A stretch of 63,049 bases of DNA, filler included, from Reticulomyxa filosa (lineage: Eukaryota > Protista > Foraminifera): the NCBI GenBank assembly GCA_000512085.1. It is 26 parts of 26 records of this genome, joined end to end, with 100 filler letters (N's around TTAATTAATTAA, not from the genome) between each part and the next. Parts side by side here need not be neighbours in the genome. Positions count along the whole stretch, not along the records: positions 37,727 to 39,083 come from ASPP01039870.1; positions 39,184 to 40,925 come from ASPP01027690.1; positions 41,026 to 42,686 come from ASPP01018199.1; positions 42,787 to 43,937 come from ASPP01048058.1; positions 44,038 to 45,223 come from ASPP01042289.1; positions 45,324 to 48,582 come from ASPP01019443.1; positions 48,683 to 52,312 come from ASPP01025658.1; 19 more parts are not named here. The stretch is one strand, 5' to 3'. Below, one piece after another: positions 37,727-51,101 of the stretch. Position 1 is the stretch's first letter. Every line of letters begins with the position of its first letter. The notes under the pieces were generated by a model. The model ran no database searches, was not told the origin of the DNA, and saw only the letters and a program-made list of their open reading frames with translations. The position numbers and the translations under genes were made by a program.

Positions 37727-39083
37727 CAGGTGAAAATTGAACAAAAGTAACAACATTTGAATGGCCATCCAAACATTGTATTTGTTTCCCCGATAGTGTA
37801 TCCCACAAGCGAATAGTATTATCACTTGAACCAGATACAATTTTGTTACCATCAGGTGAAAATTGGACAGAGCTAACAATATCTGAATGACCTTCTAAAG
37901 ATTCCATTTGTTTTCTTGGCAATGCATCCCATAATCGAATAGTATTATCATCAGAACCAGAAATAATTTTGCTGCCATCTGGCGAAAACTGAACCGAGGT
38001 AACAGCACTTAAATGACCTTCTAGAGATTTAATTTGTTTTCTTGATGCAACATCCCACAATTTAATAGTATTATCACGTGAGCAAGATAAAATCATGTTT
38101 CCATCAGATGAAAATTGAACACAAGTAACAGCGCTTGAATGACCTTCTAAACATATTATTTCTTCTCCTGATGATACGTTCCACAATCGAATTGTTTTAT
38201 CATATGAACCAGACGCAATTTTATCACCATTGGTAGAAAATTGAACAGAAGCAACAGGACATGAATGACCTTTGAAAGTTTGGATTTCTTTTTTTGATGA
38301 TAAATCCCACAATCGAATAGTATTATCACCTAAACTAAACACAATTTTGTTACTATCAGGTGAAAATTGAACACAGTTAATGATACCCAAATGATTGTTA
38401 AGAGAATCAATTTGTTTACCAGATGCATCCCACAATCGAATGGTACTATCATATGAACTAGATATAATTTTTCTACCATCAGATGAAAATTGAACACAAG
38501 TAACAGCGCTTGAATGACCTTCTAAACATATAATTTCTTCTCCTGATGATACTTTCCACAATCGAATTGTTTTATCATGTGAACCAGATACAATTGTGTT
38601 TCCATCAGGTGAAAATTGAACAGATTTGATAATATCTGAATGACCTTTTAAAGATTTAATTTGTGTACCAGATGATGCATTCCACAACCGAATAGTTTTA
38701 TCATATGAGCCAGATACAATTATGTTTCCATCAGGTGAAAATTGGATACAAGTAACAGCATTTGAATGACCTTTTAAAGATTTAATTTGTCTGCCAGATG
38801 ATGCATCCCAAAACCAAATAGTGTTATCATATGAACAAGATATGATGCTACTTCCATCAGGTGAAAATTGAACAGAGTAAACATAATGTAAATGATCTTC
38901 TAATGATTGTATTTGTTCTCCAGTTGATGCATTCCACAACTTAATAGTAGTATCATGTGAACAAGATACAAGCATATTTCCATCAGGTGAAAATTGAACA
39001 AAAGTAACAACATTTGAATGGCCATCCAAACATTGTATTTGTTTCCCCGATAGTGTATCCCACAAGCGAATAGTATTATCACT
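37727..39083 (-). CDS. High-identity WD40 repeat array (internal fragment, ~11 repeats)
   Basis: Consensus GHSxxVxxVQFSPDGxxIxSxSxDxTIRLWDxxSGxQIxxLE, open across the whole contig. Confidence 0.92.
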
Positions 39084-39544
39084 NNNNNNNNNNNNNNNNN
39101 NNNNNNNNNNNNNNNNNNNNNNNNNNNTTAATTAATTAANNNNNNNNNNNNNNNNNNNNNNNNNNNNNNNNNNNNNNNNNNNNCTATGAAATATTTAATC
39201 AATTTATATAATAAATTCATTCGTTTCTTCTTTATTCTAAAATATTCTTAAAAGATAATAATATTTTGCATAGTTAGTACATAAAGTCTTTTTTCACATT
39301 TATCAACAAATATGCTTTTTTTTTTGCGATGGAAGAAATAATTAAAGTCAGCATTGAAAGTAGATTGATTGCATTTCAAAACATTCATTTCTGTTTTGAA
39401 TTGTTGAATATCTTTTGTTAGTTCAAATATTTGCTCATCTTTTCTTCAATGACTATACTTTTGAACGTTTCAACTATTCCTTTTTTTTAATTTTGTCATA
39501 CTTTTTTGTCTTCTTGTTTGAATAAATGACAAACAAAAATATTT

Positions 39545-40230
39545 CAATTTATTAAACATGATACTTTACCAGCTGATAACGAAATATGTTATCATTGCTT
39601 TGTATCAAATTCAGAAAATGGACAAGTGCAAGAAATGAATAAAATAGATCAAGAAAAAAATAAGAAAAATTATCAAATGCTGTTGTTTTGTTGGAAGACA
39701 TTATTATCAATTGAATATGATGAATATATAACAACTCTTTTCAATTTCATCAACTACCTGTTTGTGATGATATTGCACCATTCAATTCATATACATATTT
39801 GCACATCAATAATTTCGTTTTGTTCTTTGGTGGACATGCTCGAGATATTTCAAAATTGGTACACAAATATTCGGTCCAAGAAAACAAATGGACGACATTT
39901 GAAAATACTTTACCCAGTCCATTATTTAATTGTGTTGCAATATTGAGTGAAGACAATTATATACATATCATTGGAGGACTAGATGATAAAAATACAAAAG
40001 TATCAACTCACATAAAAACTAAAGTGCGTGTATGGGGTCCTTTGCAGTTGGTAATGATTTGTCTATGTATTTATTTTAATCAAACACAAACAAATTTTAT
40101 TGTATGAATGAACAGTCAAAAAAATGAGATAATATGTATTATTCAACATTGGATTCGAATTTTAAAGATAAATTTAGGATGGATTGATGATTTTGATCAC
40201 ATTATTTTCAAATTCAGTGGAATGAAATAA
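39545..40230 (+). pseudogene. Kelch-like family 3' half with HWIR/LGWI module exon, frameshifted
   Basis: YHCFVSNSENGQ, YQMLLFC, VLFFGG, IHIIGG, THIKTKVRVW; intron 40051-40115; exon IIQHWIRILKINLGWIDDFDHII. Confidence 0.8.
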
Positions 40231-40779
40231 ATTTTGAACAAGTACAATATGGTTTTGATTTTGATTTTATTTCATGAATTTGTCAAGTATTTTCAAATAT
40301 ATAAAAAATGGCTCGGTATTGTAATTCAAAGTGCCAAAATACTTTTACGCTTTTGATAAACAAAATCCTAAGCGTCCACTCGCATTTCTTTGAATCATTT
40401 TCAATGGACAATCTACAATGGAGTACATTTATTTGAACTCCAGAAACAGATTTTATCAGTTATATCAACAATACACAATAATATGAGGTATATAACTTTT
40501 TATTAAAGTCTATTTGAAGCAAATTCATATGATAAAATGATGAACAATTAAAATTTAAAAAAGTATTGTTGAAATGCACCACAAATACAATTTATTTTTG
40601 AACATCATCTTTTTTGTGATAATGCAAGTAATTTGGATTGTTAAAACTCTTTGGACCAGAATCTCAAAGAAGTAATTTCGCCTGATGTCATTGCAAATAT
40701 TATTTGCTCGCAAACGATTTGTAATTTGTTGAGAACACAAAGATTTGGCGAACATTCCCCATTTTTATGTATTTGCGTA

Positions 40780-40835
40780 GTGGCATTATCTGGTGAAAAT
40801 TGAACAGAGATAACAACATCTGAATGATCTTTGAT
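40780..40835 (-). pseudogene. WD40 remnant
   Basis: IKDHSDVVISVQFSPDN matches the repeat consensus of 37727-39083. Confidence 0.5.
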
Positions 40836-41925
40836 AGTATACAGAATGTAATAATTACGTCTTATTTCAAATATTTTGAAATTTTTCAACAATTGTTAAA
40901 ATATTTTATTTTCAAAGTCCCTTCANNNNNNNNNNNNNNNNNNNNNNNNNNNNNNNNNNNNNNNNNNNNTTAATTAATTAANNNNNNNNNNNNNNNNNNN
41001 NNNNNNNNNNNNNNNNNNNNNNNNNTTAAAAAAAATAAAAAAAAAAAAAAAGGGAGAGAAATACAAATCTGTTAAGATAAGACAAAATTATAAATAAAAA
41101 GAATATATATATTTGCACGTATACGTATGTACCCTCCACTGACACTAGGGCGCACTATTGTTATTATTATTATCGAGTGATTGATTACATACTTTTTGTG
41201 CTAGGACTTGCTGGTGAGGCGCTCTTTTCGAGGCTAGACATTTTTTGGATGTTCCTTTCTTCGTCGGTTCTTGTTGGCGACATGGGCTCTACAGATTTTT
41301 CCAATTCGTCCGCTAGCTGTGGGATGTTGAGTATCGCGCAGTCGCATGTTACCATCGGCTTTTTAAAGATTGCTTTACCTATCCAATCGATTATCAAATA
41401 AATTTGAACGACCGTAACGACCCAAAAAAGATTATTACAATCTTCCATCCAGTCGTTGTGTAGGCTGTCCGATTTTTATTTTGTTTTGTCAAATCCCACA
41501 CGTGTTCACAAGCCAAGACTTGCTCACTCAAGACCTCACAAACACAAATTTTTGCATTTAAAAGATTACAAAACGAAAGTCTTTATCTAGTACACCCATA
41601 ATGATACAGAGTTTTTTTTCACCTCGAACTAAAATATGTAAATTCTTTTTTCGAGACAGGACGAAAGTAACCTGTAAAAAGATTTTTCTGTCAGTTCCGA
41701 AAGAACGGCCCCGGATGTTGATAAATGATTATAAAAAGAATGTGTATATTTTGATTGTTTAACTTTGCAATTTCAAAGATAAACATATAGTTTCAAATTT
41801 TATTGCATTTTTAGAAATATGTAAAAATAAGCCAAGAAATTGAAGGAAGTTTTACTAGGCGTTTTGAAAGATTGCAAGGGGCGTTCAATATAGGAAAGAG
41901 AAAAAAAAACTCAGTCATATATGAA

Positions 41926-42555
41926 ATGATGAAAACACAATTATTTTGGCTAGCGTTGCTTTGTATTTGGTCAGCCGTATTAACGTTTGGAGAAGAGAAT
42001 TGTGGAAGTGAGCAAGGGACTTGTGAATTGGGAGAGAAAAAGACAGACGTGAAATGTGAAGATACGAATGAGATGTGTAAATTATGGGCAATGACAGGAG
42101 AGTGTGAAAAGAGTCGACCATTTATGGAAAAGACCTGTCAAAAATCGTGTGGTTTGTGTGGATCGTCCAGTCAACAAGAACAGACCGAGAAGAAAAATAA
42201 GAGCGAGAAAAAGCAAAAGCAACAAAAGCAAAAGCAACAAAAGCAAAAAGCAAAGACAAAAAAGAAAAGCGACGAAACGAATCCAAACAAAGGCGGATGT
42301 CCAGAATTGTATCCAAATTGTACAAGTTGCGAAAACCATCGTCCCGACTGTGAAGAATTGGCTCGATTAGGGAACTGCCAATCGTATCCGGGTAAGCAAA
42401 GTCCAACATTTTTTTTTTTTTTTTTTTTTTTTTCCGCAACTGTGAAGAAACAATACATTGAAGTGAGGGATCTGACCTTGCAATAACAAACAATCAACAA
42501 AATAGGATGGATGATAATAAATTGTGGAAAAGCATGTAAACTGTGTCACAAACAT
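41926..42555 (+). CDS. Secreted protein with two ShKT domains (5' part)
   Basis: Signal peptide MMKTQLFWLALLCIWSAVLTFG; CEDTNEMCKLWAMTGECEKSRPFMEKTCQKSCGLC; CENHRPDCEELARLGNCQSYP/GWMIINCGKACKLC across intron 42392-42505. Confidence 0.88.
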
Positions 42556-42829
42556 GTAATAATTTGTGTATTGTTTGATCAGCCAAAGATATTCTTTTTG
42601 TCATTTGCATTTTGTTAATGGGCAGTTGGCATCATAAATTTAAATAAACAAATAAATAAATATATATACATATATATATATATATANNNNNNNNNNNNNN
42701 NNNNNNNNNNNNNNNNNNNNNNNNNNNNNNTTAATTAATTAANNNNNNNNNNNNNNNNNNNNNNNNNNNNNNNNNNNNNNNNNNNNACACACACACACAC
42801 ATTCTCTCTCTTTTGTTTTGAACTAACCT

Positions 42830-43920
42830 CTCTGTAGTGGTCCCACTCACGCTTGCTCTCTTCAAACACTCTTTCGAAAATTGAAAAGGGTGCTTCTGGA
42901 AGATGAAAGGTTTTATATTTGTCAGTGAAATTCCCCCAAATATCGTTGAAAGCAACGCTTTGCTGCAAACGCAAAACAAGTTCCACACTAGACTTGTGCT
43001 TTGCAAAGATGCCGAGATCTTTTTCGTAGTGCTTCTCGACTTGCACGAAACTCTGATGCTCCCATTTGCTGCTCTCCTCAACGAGCACCTTCAACGTTGC
43101 GGGTAGATCCTGGTCGACCAGATAGCGTTGCATCTGACGAAGCCTGTTGATCGACTCGGAAAACTGCTTGTATTCTTGGACCACATTGTCGAGTGATGCG
43201 ACAGACTGTTTCAACTCGGTCGAAGACGACGACGACGACGACGACGACGACGACACGAGAAGGTCATGAATTCTCTGCAAGTTATTGCTAAGAAACTTGC
43301 AAAGCATGATGGAAAACAACTGTTTGTGTTTGGACAATGTAGTACACGTGTGACCAAGCAATGAGAACAGTCGTGGTTGCATCGGACTTTCATGTCGGAA
43401 CCATAGACTGCATCGGAGACAATACTCGAAAATGCGGCTAAACTCATCGCTAGTTGTCTCCATTTTCTTCGCGTCCGACTCCACCTCTGAAGGGATGTTG
43501 TCCATGTGACGAAATGCCTTTTCCCACAACTGCAAATCTGCTTTTGCGTACTTGCGAATGTTGTCGATATCATCACTCGTCCATTTGCTGTTGTCCAATT
43601 GCAATTCGCAAGATCGGCGGTCCACGATTTCTATCCACTGTGCATGATACAACTTGGCCTCGAGAAAGACGGAAGAACAGAGCAGTTCGATCACTTTGGA
43701 CGGAAAGGTATTGTTATCTTCATACGGCGAATTCTTCTCCTCGCTTCCCAGCCAGTCTTTGAACGACTTCTCCAGAAACTTGTTAAATGTGGAGTCGCTC
43801 GTTATTTTGCTGGGCTTTTCTAAGAGCTCGATCCAATGCACACGATTGACTCGATTTTTTAACAGCGCTTTCAAAATCAATGTTGTCAGTGTTTTGATTT
43901 TATTTTGGTCTATATTGACC
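42830..43920 (-). CDS. Internal exon of a large alpha-helical hypothetical protein
   Basis: ~360-codon uninterrupted GC-richer ORF flanked by intron-like repeats; no motif recognised. Confidence 0.7.
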
Positions 43921-44254
43921 TCTTTTTCCTTTTTTTTNNNNNNNNNNNNNNNNNNNNNNNNNNNNNNNNNNNNNNNNNNNNTTAATTAATTAANNNNNNN
44001 NNNNNNNNNNNNNNNNNNNNNNNNNNNNNNNNNNNNNAAAAAAACAAAGAAAAGAAGATAGATTGAAATAATAATTAATCATTGGATTCGATTGTTATTT
44101 ATTAAGTTTGGATGGATTTCTGATTTTAATGATATCATTGCACGATATATGCTGGTATTCAAATTTATTTGTTTGGATTTGCAAAAAAAAAAAAAAAAAA
44201 AAAGGAATGGGATCCAAACAACAGTCGGTAGATGAACTGTTGCTGCGCGAAAAA

Positions 44255-45223
44255 GCAGAGTTGATAGCACCGATGACAGTGATCCCAGGAATCTTTGGGC
44301 TGTACTAGACCCGACTGCAGTTTCTTCCGGACGAAGTACATTCAGCAGAAAATGTGACCGACTGCAGCGGCAATCAGACCAATCTCCAACCGTTTCGTCA
44401 ACTCTCTCCGATAGTGAATTCATGCTGTTGAATGGTGATCATTCTTTTTCGGTTGAGCCCATTGAAACAAGTCGTGTGTCGCATTACAAACGAAGCAATC
44501 GGAATGAAGACGAAAAAACAATCGTCCAAGATAATAATGACAATGACCAGCTAGTGAGTTGATTCAATATTTAATGTGCAAGAGAGACAATAGCGACGAC
44601 AACGACAACGCACATGAAAATGGAAACGAGACGAATGAAGTAAACAGTGGGAATGAAAGTGAGAATAACGGAGACGAAAAAAAGAATAGAGAAGAGGAAA
44701 AAGGAAATGAAAGAGACTTGGAAGAAGTGGAATATTTGGAACACTTGCAACAAGTGTTGACTATTTATGAAAACAAGTATCGACAAATTCTGGTCGACTT
44801 AATTCCAAATATCATTTATTCCAACGAGTCTTTTATTGATATTTTGGTGAGATCCGAAGTATCGCGTTATGTTGAGTTTCGAGGAATTATTAATCACTTT
44901 GTGTATTTCGACGGAGTCAATGCATCCAAAGTTACGTAAATGGATAAATATGTATATATATATATATATGCATGCACATATATATATATATATATGTATA
45001 TATAATTGTTATGGAGTCCATTTTTTTTTTAAAAAAAAAAAATGGTTGATGGCCTAAACAAAGGTGCCATTGTCGAAAGGCGAGGTGCTTGCCAGCAAGG
45101 AATTGAGTATCAATGAGAAAAGACAGCTGATGAAGTTTATGCAAGTGATGGTGCAAAGGTGTTCGACGTCGACGCATGGAGGCGACTCAAGTGGCAATAG
45201 CAATAATGATAGTTGTGACTCCA
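44255..45223 (+). CDS. Rab escort protein / GDI-family protein, internal fragment
   Basis: RQILVDLIPNIIYSNESFIDILVRSEVSRYVEF and VPLSKGEVLASKELSINEKRQLMKFM. The long acidic insert favours REP (CHM/Mrs6) over GDI. Frameshift near 44555. Confidence 0.82.
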
Positions 45224-45700
45224 NNNNNNNNNNNNNNNNNNNNNNNNNNNNNNNNNNNNNNNNNNNNTTAATTAATTAANNNNNNNNNNNNNNNNNNNNN
45301 NNNNNNNNNNNNNNNNNNNNNNNCGCTAACTTTTTTATCATAAAAAAGAGTAAACCTATTTGAAACATGTGACACTCGGTTTTTTATCCTTCCAAAGGTC
45401 CATTAATTTGTCTTCGTTATAACCTTGTCCTTCTTTACCAAAAGAAGTGAAGAATTACTAGTCAATTTGAGTTGCTCTTTAATTCTTTGCAACAATTCAG
45501 CACACATTGATTTTGATTTCGTAAAGCAAGAGTTCATTCTTATCTAAAATTTTTTAAACTATATATTTTTATCTTTATTCCTGGGTCTCAATTAAAAAAA
45601 AAGTTGACACTATATCATGCAACTAAAATGAAGTAAAGAATCTGGCTAATTAGTGAATAAATTACAATAATCGAAATAATTTCGTTACATCTTTTCGCAG

Positions 45701-46180
45701 AAAGTCGTGCTGAACTAATGCTGATTGGAAAAAAACTATATTTTAATGGAAGCATTTTTAGTGATGTTAGAAGGCATGCCATCAGCAACGCAAGTGTGGT
45801 CGGACAAGTGGAAGGAACTGAAACGATATCACGAACAGACACTGCATCAAAACATGATGGAAAGATCGGAAGGATTGGCTATGTTGTCACACGGCTTGCA
45901 GCAAGCGCCGGAATCGATGACTGAAATATCCGACAAAAAAAATCAAGAAGAAGCAGAAGAGGAGGAGGAAGTAGAGCTCAAAGCAGTAAATACACAAGAG
46001 AAGACAGACACAAACGTCGGTTCTGACACAGCCATGTCCAAGCCAAAGACACAAGAGCTACATCATGACCACTACAGTCTCATCAACAACCGCGTTGCAA
46101 ATGAAGCCAATTCCAATCATAATCACAATCCCAATGTCCTGAAAAATGATTCAAAAGACGATGTAAGCCAAGCGTCATGA
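45701..46180 (+). CDS. Hypothetical protein fragment, probably pseudogene
   Basis: ~150-codon ORF followed by stop-interrupted coding-like sequence to ~47140. Confidence 0.3.
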
Positions 46181-47819
46181 GTAGCCTCACTGTCAATGTC
46201 ATTGCTACTGGTCATCACACACAAAGACGATAACGTGGATGATTTATTCATTAATGTTATGCCAATTGTGCAATGCCTCTCTCACCATCTTTTTTTTTTT
46301 AACAAAAAAATGTACATACTTCTAATATTGAAGAATAATGAGGAAGGAAACAAGTAGCAACATATATATATCCCACAAAACACAACAAATAATAATGAAC
46401 TCGAAATAGAATCAAAATCAATAGATCTGGATAACTCAGACAGTCACGCAAAAACTAAAATTTATTCACTCAACTGGCATGCAGATTACTGACGACGAAG
46501 AATCACACAATTATAACGACTCCAAAAGATCATTGAGGCCTACCGGCTGACGGTGAAAAGATCAAGGAAAAAACGATCAAAACAGACTGTTACGTACATA
46601 TAGCACACGTATACATATACTAGAAATACGTATAATAATAATAATAAAAAGATGATAAATACTAGAAATATACATTCATAATGCAAATATATAACTGCAT
46701 AATAAAAACGAAAAGTGACGAAATGGATCATCCAAAACACATACTGACACTGATAACAGATAGTCACAGAGACAATGAAAAAGACAGTGAGTTGAAAGTG
46801 TTCAATACTAACAACACGACGTTTTGGTTGTCTGTCAAAGGTGGCTGTATTGATATCAACACTTTGGACTTGAATGCGCGTGCTGTCGATGACCACCAAC
46901 AACGACCCGGTGACATCTCCCAATTCATCGTTCATGGCTACACCGTTCCATAAGATATATCCTATCCTGTTGTTGTGTTACAGGGTCATGTCGCTGACGC
47001 TCCTCCGCCTGCGCACTCGGTCAATACCGTGCTTTTGCTTAATGCCAATATCAATATCAATAACAATAACCAATACAAGGAAAAAGAGGAAATCCACGGC
47101 GATGGCCATGAGCATACCATTACTAGCGTCAATACATTTGTGATCGTTTAGTTAAGAGATGTGTGTTATTGCAAATTGTTTCAATATACTTATGTTTACA
47201 TGTTAAAAATAGAAAACAAAGTAAAGCATTAATAGTTTTTAGGATATACATCAGTATATGACATCATTTTAAATTGATCACATTTAGTACGACAAATAGC
47301 AACGATAAAAATTTTAGGTAAATCAATTTATATCATTTTATCACAAGCAAATGATATTATCCAATCAATTGATAATAGTTTTTTATCTCATGACACTACA
47401 AATCTATTATATTTATATTTATTGTCATTAAGGCCAAAATCTGAAACTACAATTTACAAAAATGATAACAAATCTTTTTTATTTGTTTATAATGAAATAA
47501 ATATAAGATTATAAACATATAAAATTATTGTCATCATTTTTACACTTGAATGCTATCATTTTGATTTTAGTATTCTTATTGCAATCATAATAACAATTTT
47601 ATTTTTTATTATTTTGCTTGGTCCAACTCTTTATTGGTTAAATGTATTGTCATTCTATTTAATAAATAAAAAAAAAATTATTTTCATTTTTATTCAAATT
47701 TAACTTATTATCTTTTTATACTTTCATTTCTTCTTCAATCAATAGTGATTAATTTGTGTACTATTATTTGTTGCAACAAGTTTCTTTACATTATTTTATC
47801 TAATGATATGTATATATCA

Positions 47820-48440
47820 CTCCATATTGACGTAGAGTAAAGTATTTTTATATTTCATCTATTTTCTTTTTTCTATTGAATATACATGCACTGGTTTTGA
47901 AACAACCTTGTCATGCTTGCATTATCATTCTGTTCACCAAAAAACAAAATTAAGCTATTGATACAAACATATGCATATGAACAAAAATGCATAATATCAT
48001 CACAAATATTTAGTTTACGATACACAATATTTTATTTTTAATTATGTACTTTAATGAAACAATATCATTATTATCTCATTTGTTTGTTGATCGGTCCATT
48101 TTCTGTGAATTCGCTGGCATTAATATAAAGCAATGAAATTGTATAAAATTACTAGTTGGTAAAGTATCGTATAAATTGAAATTTATTTAAATTAAACATA
48201 CTAATATTTTTTTTATAAGTGATGAATAACAAATGATTGCTATTTCCACCAATTAGTGCACGCAATCATTTGTAATCATCTTCAGTTCTTCCAATTGAAA
48301 TTTTATTGTCTCAATTATCAATGAATGAAACTAATTTGTTATATTTTGTTGACTTATTCATTGAATTGTCGTTCATCACAAAATGATAGTATTGTCGTCT
48401 TTATTGTTATCTACTAGCTTCATAGCACAGTGACACATTA
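47820..48440 (-). pseudogene. Decayed Kelch-like family copy
   Basis: CHCAMKLVD, LRALIGGNSNHLLFITY, YAYVCINSLILFFG and KPVHVYSI fragments with deletions. Confidence 0.7.
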
Positions 48441-48729
48441 AATGATAAAAATTTAAAATTTATAACAAATCAGCAATTTACATAGAATGCATTAAATAAA
48501 TTTTTGCCTTTGTTTTCTTTTAGTATAATTCTATTTTGTAATATTATTTCTTTTTCTTTGAAAAATGAAAAGAAAATATAAANNNNNNNNNNNNNNNNNN
48601 NNNNNNNNNNNNNNNNNNNNNNNNNNTTAATTAATTAANNNNNNNNNNNNNNNNNNNNNNNNNNNNNNNNNNNNNNNNNNNNCAATACAATGCAATACAA
48701 TACAATGCAATACAAGACAGTTTGTTGCA

Positions 48730-49971
48730 CTTTGTCATGGCTGTAATAGTTAGTTATGAGTGACAATGACCTGATGCGGTTTGCTCTCTCGTGTGATGGA
48801 CATTCTGGAGTGTTCGATAGCGTGATCTGCGCCAAGTGGCCGCGATTTCAGCATCGGCTTGTGCATCTCAATAGGGTAACCACTGCTGGCACTAGGATTA
48901 CTGCTATGACTAGTTCTTGGATTGGGTGCGCTTTGCTTGCCATGGCCATTGTTTCCGTTGTGTTTAATCAAATTCTCGTGGTCCATATCACTTTCATCAA
49001 ATTCCAACTCGGGCACGTCGCTTTCACGACGGAGCATCGGACGCTTTTTCCACATATACACACACTCATTGTGTCTACAATCTTCTTTGCAACACACAAC
49101 ACGATTATTAGTCCACACAAATGTGAAGGGTATACATACGCACGTACACTTAAATATTGCTTTTTTTAAAAAAAATATTTTACACATGTACGAATATATA
49201 CGGTATTTGCCTTGTACGGAAACAACTCAACAAGTCCCGTTGGGCCAACAGAAAAACTCCCAGTTGCGGAACTGATGGAATCAAAATTGCTTCGGGAATT
49301 ACCTTTTCCGAGCATCTATTTTGTGTGTTATGTTTTTAATTTTGTAATTTTTGTCGGTGTTGTTGTGGTTGAATCGGAACTTGACGATCTTTATTCTCTT
49401 GCACGATATGGTCGACATCGGAAGGATGCTTGCGTTTGACGGACTTGTCACTAAGACGTGCCTCTTGCAAGTGGGTCATCTGAACATTGGAAATTCATTG
49501 TCACTGTGGCTATTATCAATTTTGCTTCGTTTGGTCACAGTCATTCGCATTTGAAGAGCGTCGCAACACAGTTCCGTGGTCGTCGATATCATGGATAATC
49601 ATGGTAGCACTGGTATTATGCCCATGTGGTCCATCGTCATCACCCCATGTCATCACGTCGTTTTCTTTTTCTCCTTTTTTTACATTCTCATTACCTGGCA
49701 GTTCTAAACACTCTTTTTCTTCGCTCACAAACAATTTCACCATGCTTCCCATTACTGGTCCTGATCTTTCTCTCTTGACAATACTTTGCAGCTGTGGCTT
49801 TGATGTTCTTGCAGAAGACAGTAACGTCTGAGTACTTGATACCCCTTCTGTTTCATCTCGTGAGTTCCATTTTACATGGGAGTTCGTGGAGTCTGTTACG
49901 TGTGTAGCTCTGCCATTCTTGTTCACTTTTTTGGAACTTGCGTTTGTAGTGTTGAATTCAATATTCATCAA
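48730..49971 (-). CDS. Low-complexity hypothetical protein (multi-exon, frameshifted)
   Basis: Coding-like blocks 49971-49380, 49315-49211 and ~49030-48730 separated by intron-like sequence. Confidence 0.4.
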
Positions 49972-50806
49972 ATTAAGCTTTGTAACAAATCCTATTCTTT
50001 GACAGAATCGGTTTTAAAATATTTTGCACACTAAATCTCTTTCACTGTTTTCTTGCTCTCTGTTGTTAACCACACAATTTTTATAAAATATTAATCAGAG
50101 TTTTGTAAAAATGAAAACACAAAAAATGATTTAAAAGAATGCTATGCAACCGTCTAGCGTTTGATAAACAGGCATTACGAAATGTGGTTTTCTGGAGGAG
50201 AACTCCCCACTTTTACGGCTCTTGAAACTGTAACTTTCTAATTTCTTGAAAAAACTCACTCTCTGCTCAATTCTTGTCTCACGTCACTCCTTAAACTTTT
50301 CAATAGTATCTAGTACCAAAAGAAAGTAAACAAAGACTCTACTATGGTTTGTTAAAAACATTTTAATGTTACGCATATGGCTTGCGTTCGTGCTAAACTC
50401 TGCCAAAAAGCTATCTATTTTATAGTTCCTCAGATGCAACAGTTTAATTTCTTATTAGAGCATGTTCTTTTTGTGTCCTCTTGGGCGCCTTTCAATTCAG
50501 TATAAATATATTGTCTGTTTTATTTGCAGTGTTCGTAAAAAAATTAGAAACTAATCTAACGTTTTGTTGAATACAGATAACTGCAAAAAACATAATAAGA
50601 CATTATTTTTAAATAGTGCTACTTCAACTAGAACAGTCTTTCCCAAAGGAATCAACTTAAGGATTTATAAATATTGTGCTGAAAATTCGAAGAACAAGCA
50701 AAGTTCTGCATTTTATTGCTGATTATCAGTTTATAACTACATACAATTTAATATTCTATTAAGAGCTTTGGAAATTTTACTATATAAGAACGTGTTTTTT
50801 GTGTAT

Positions 50807-51101
50807 TGTGGGACTTGTGAGAAGACTAAGTGTAATACGAAAGGAACTTGGTTCCAAAAGAACAACTTCGGTAAAAGAAAGTAAATTAAAAAAGGAATAA
50901 TGACAACTAAAAAGGAGAGAAACAAGTACAAAGAGAGAAAAGTGAGTTGTGCTGAGAAGAGGGTTTTAACCCACTGGGGGTCCCACCGTTCCGTTAGTAG
51001 TTGGGGACTTATAATAGGGACTTTCCCTACACTGGTACACCTTGGAAAAATTAACTAATCAATGATGTATTGTACACCAGTCAGTTGGAATATCTCCCAC
51101 A
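50807..51101 (-). mobile_element. Candidate solo LTR (295 bp)
   Basis: Termini TGTGGGA...TCCCACA (TG...CA, 7-bp inverted repeat); on the minus strand a TATTATAA is followed by a CT-rich tract; no TSD found. Confidence 0.45.

Noticed and set aside
42830-43920. GC-richer long ORF as horizontally acquired or contaminant DNA
   Set aside because: It is flanked by the same intron-like homopolymer and dinucleotide tracts as host genes, and other host exons (Sec7, lipase) are similarly GC-rich.
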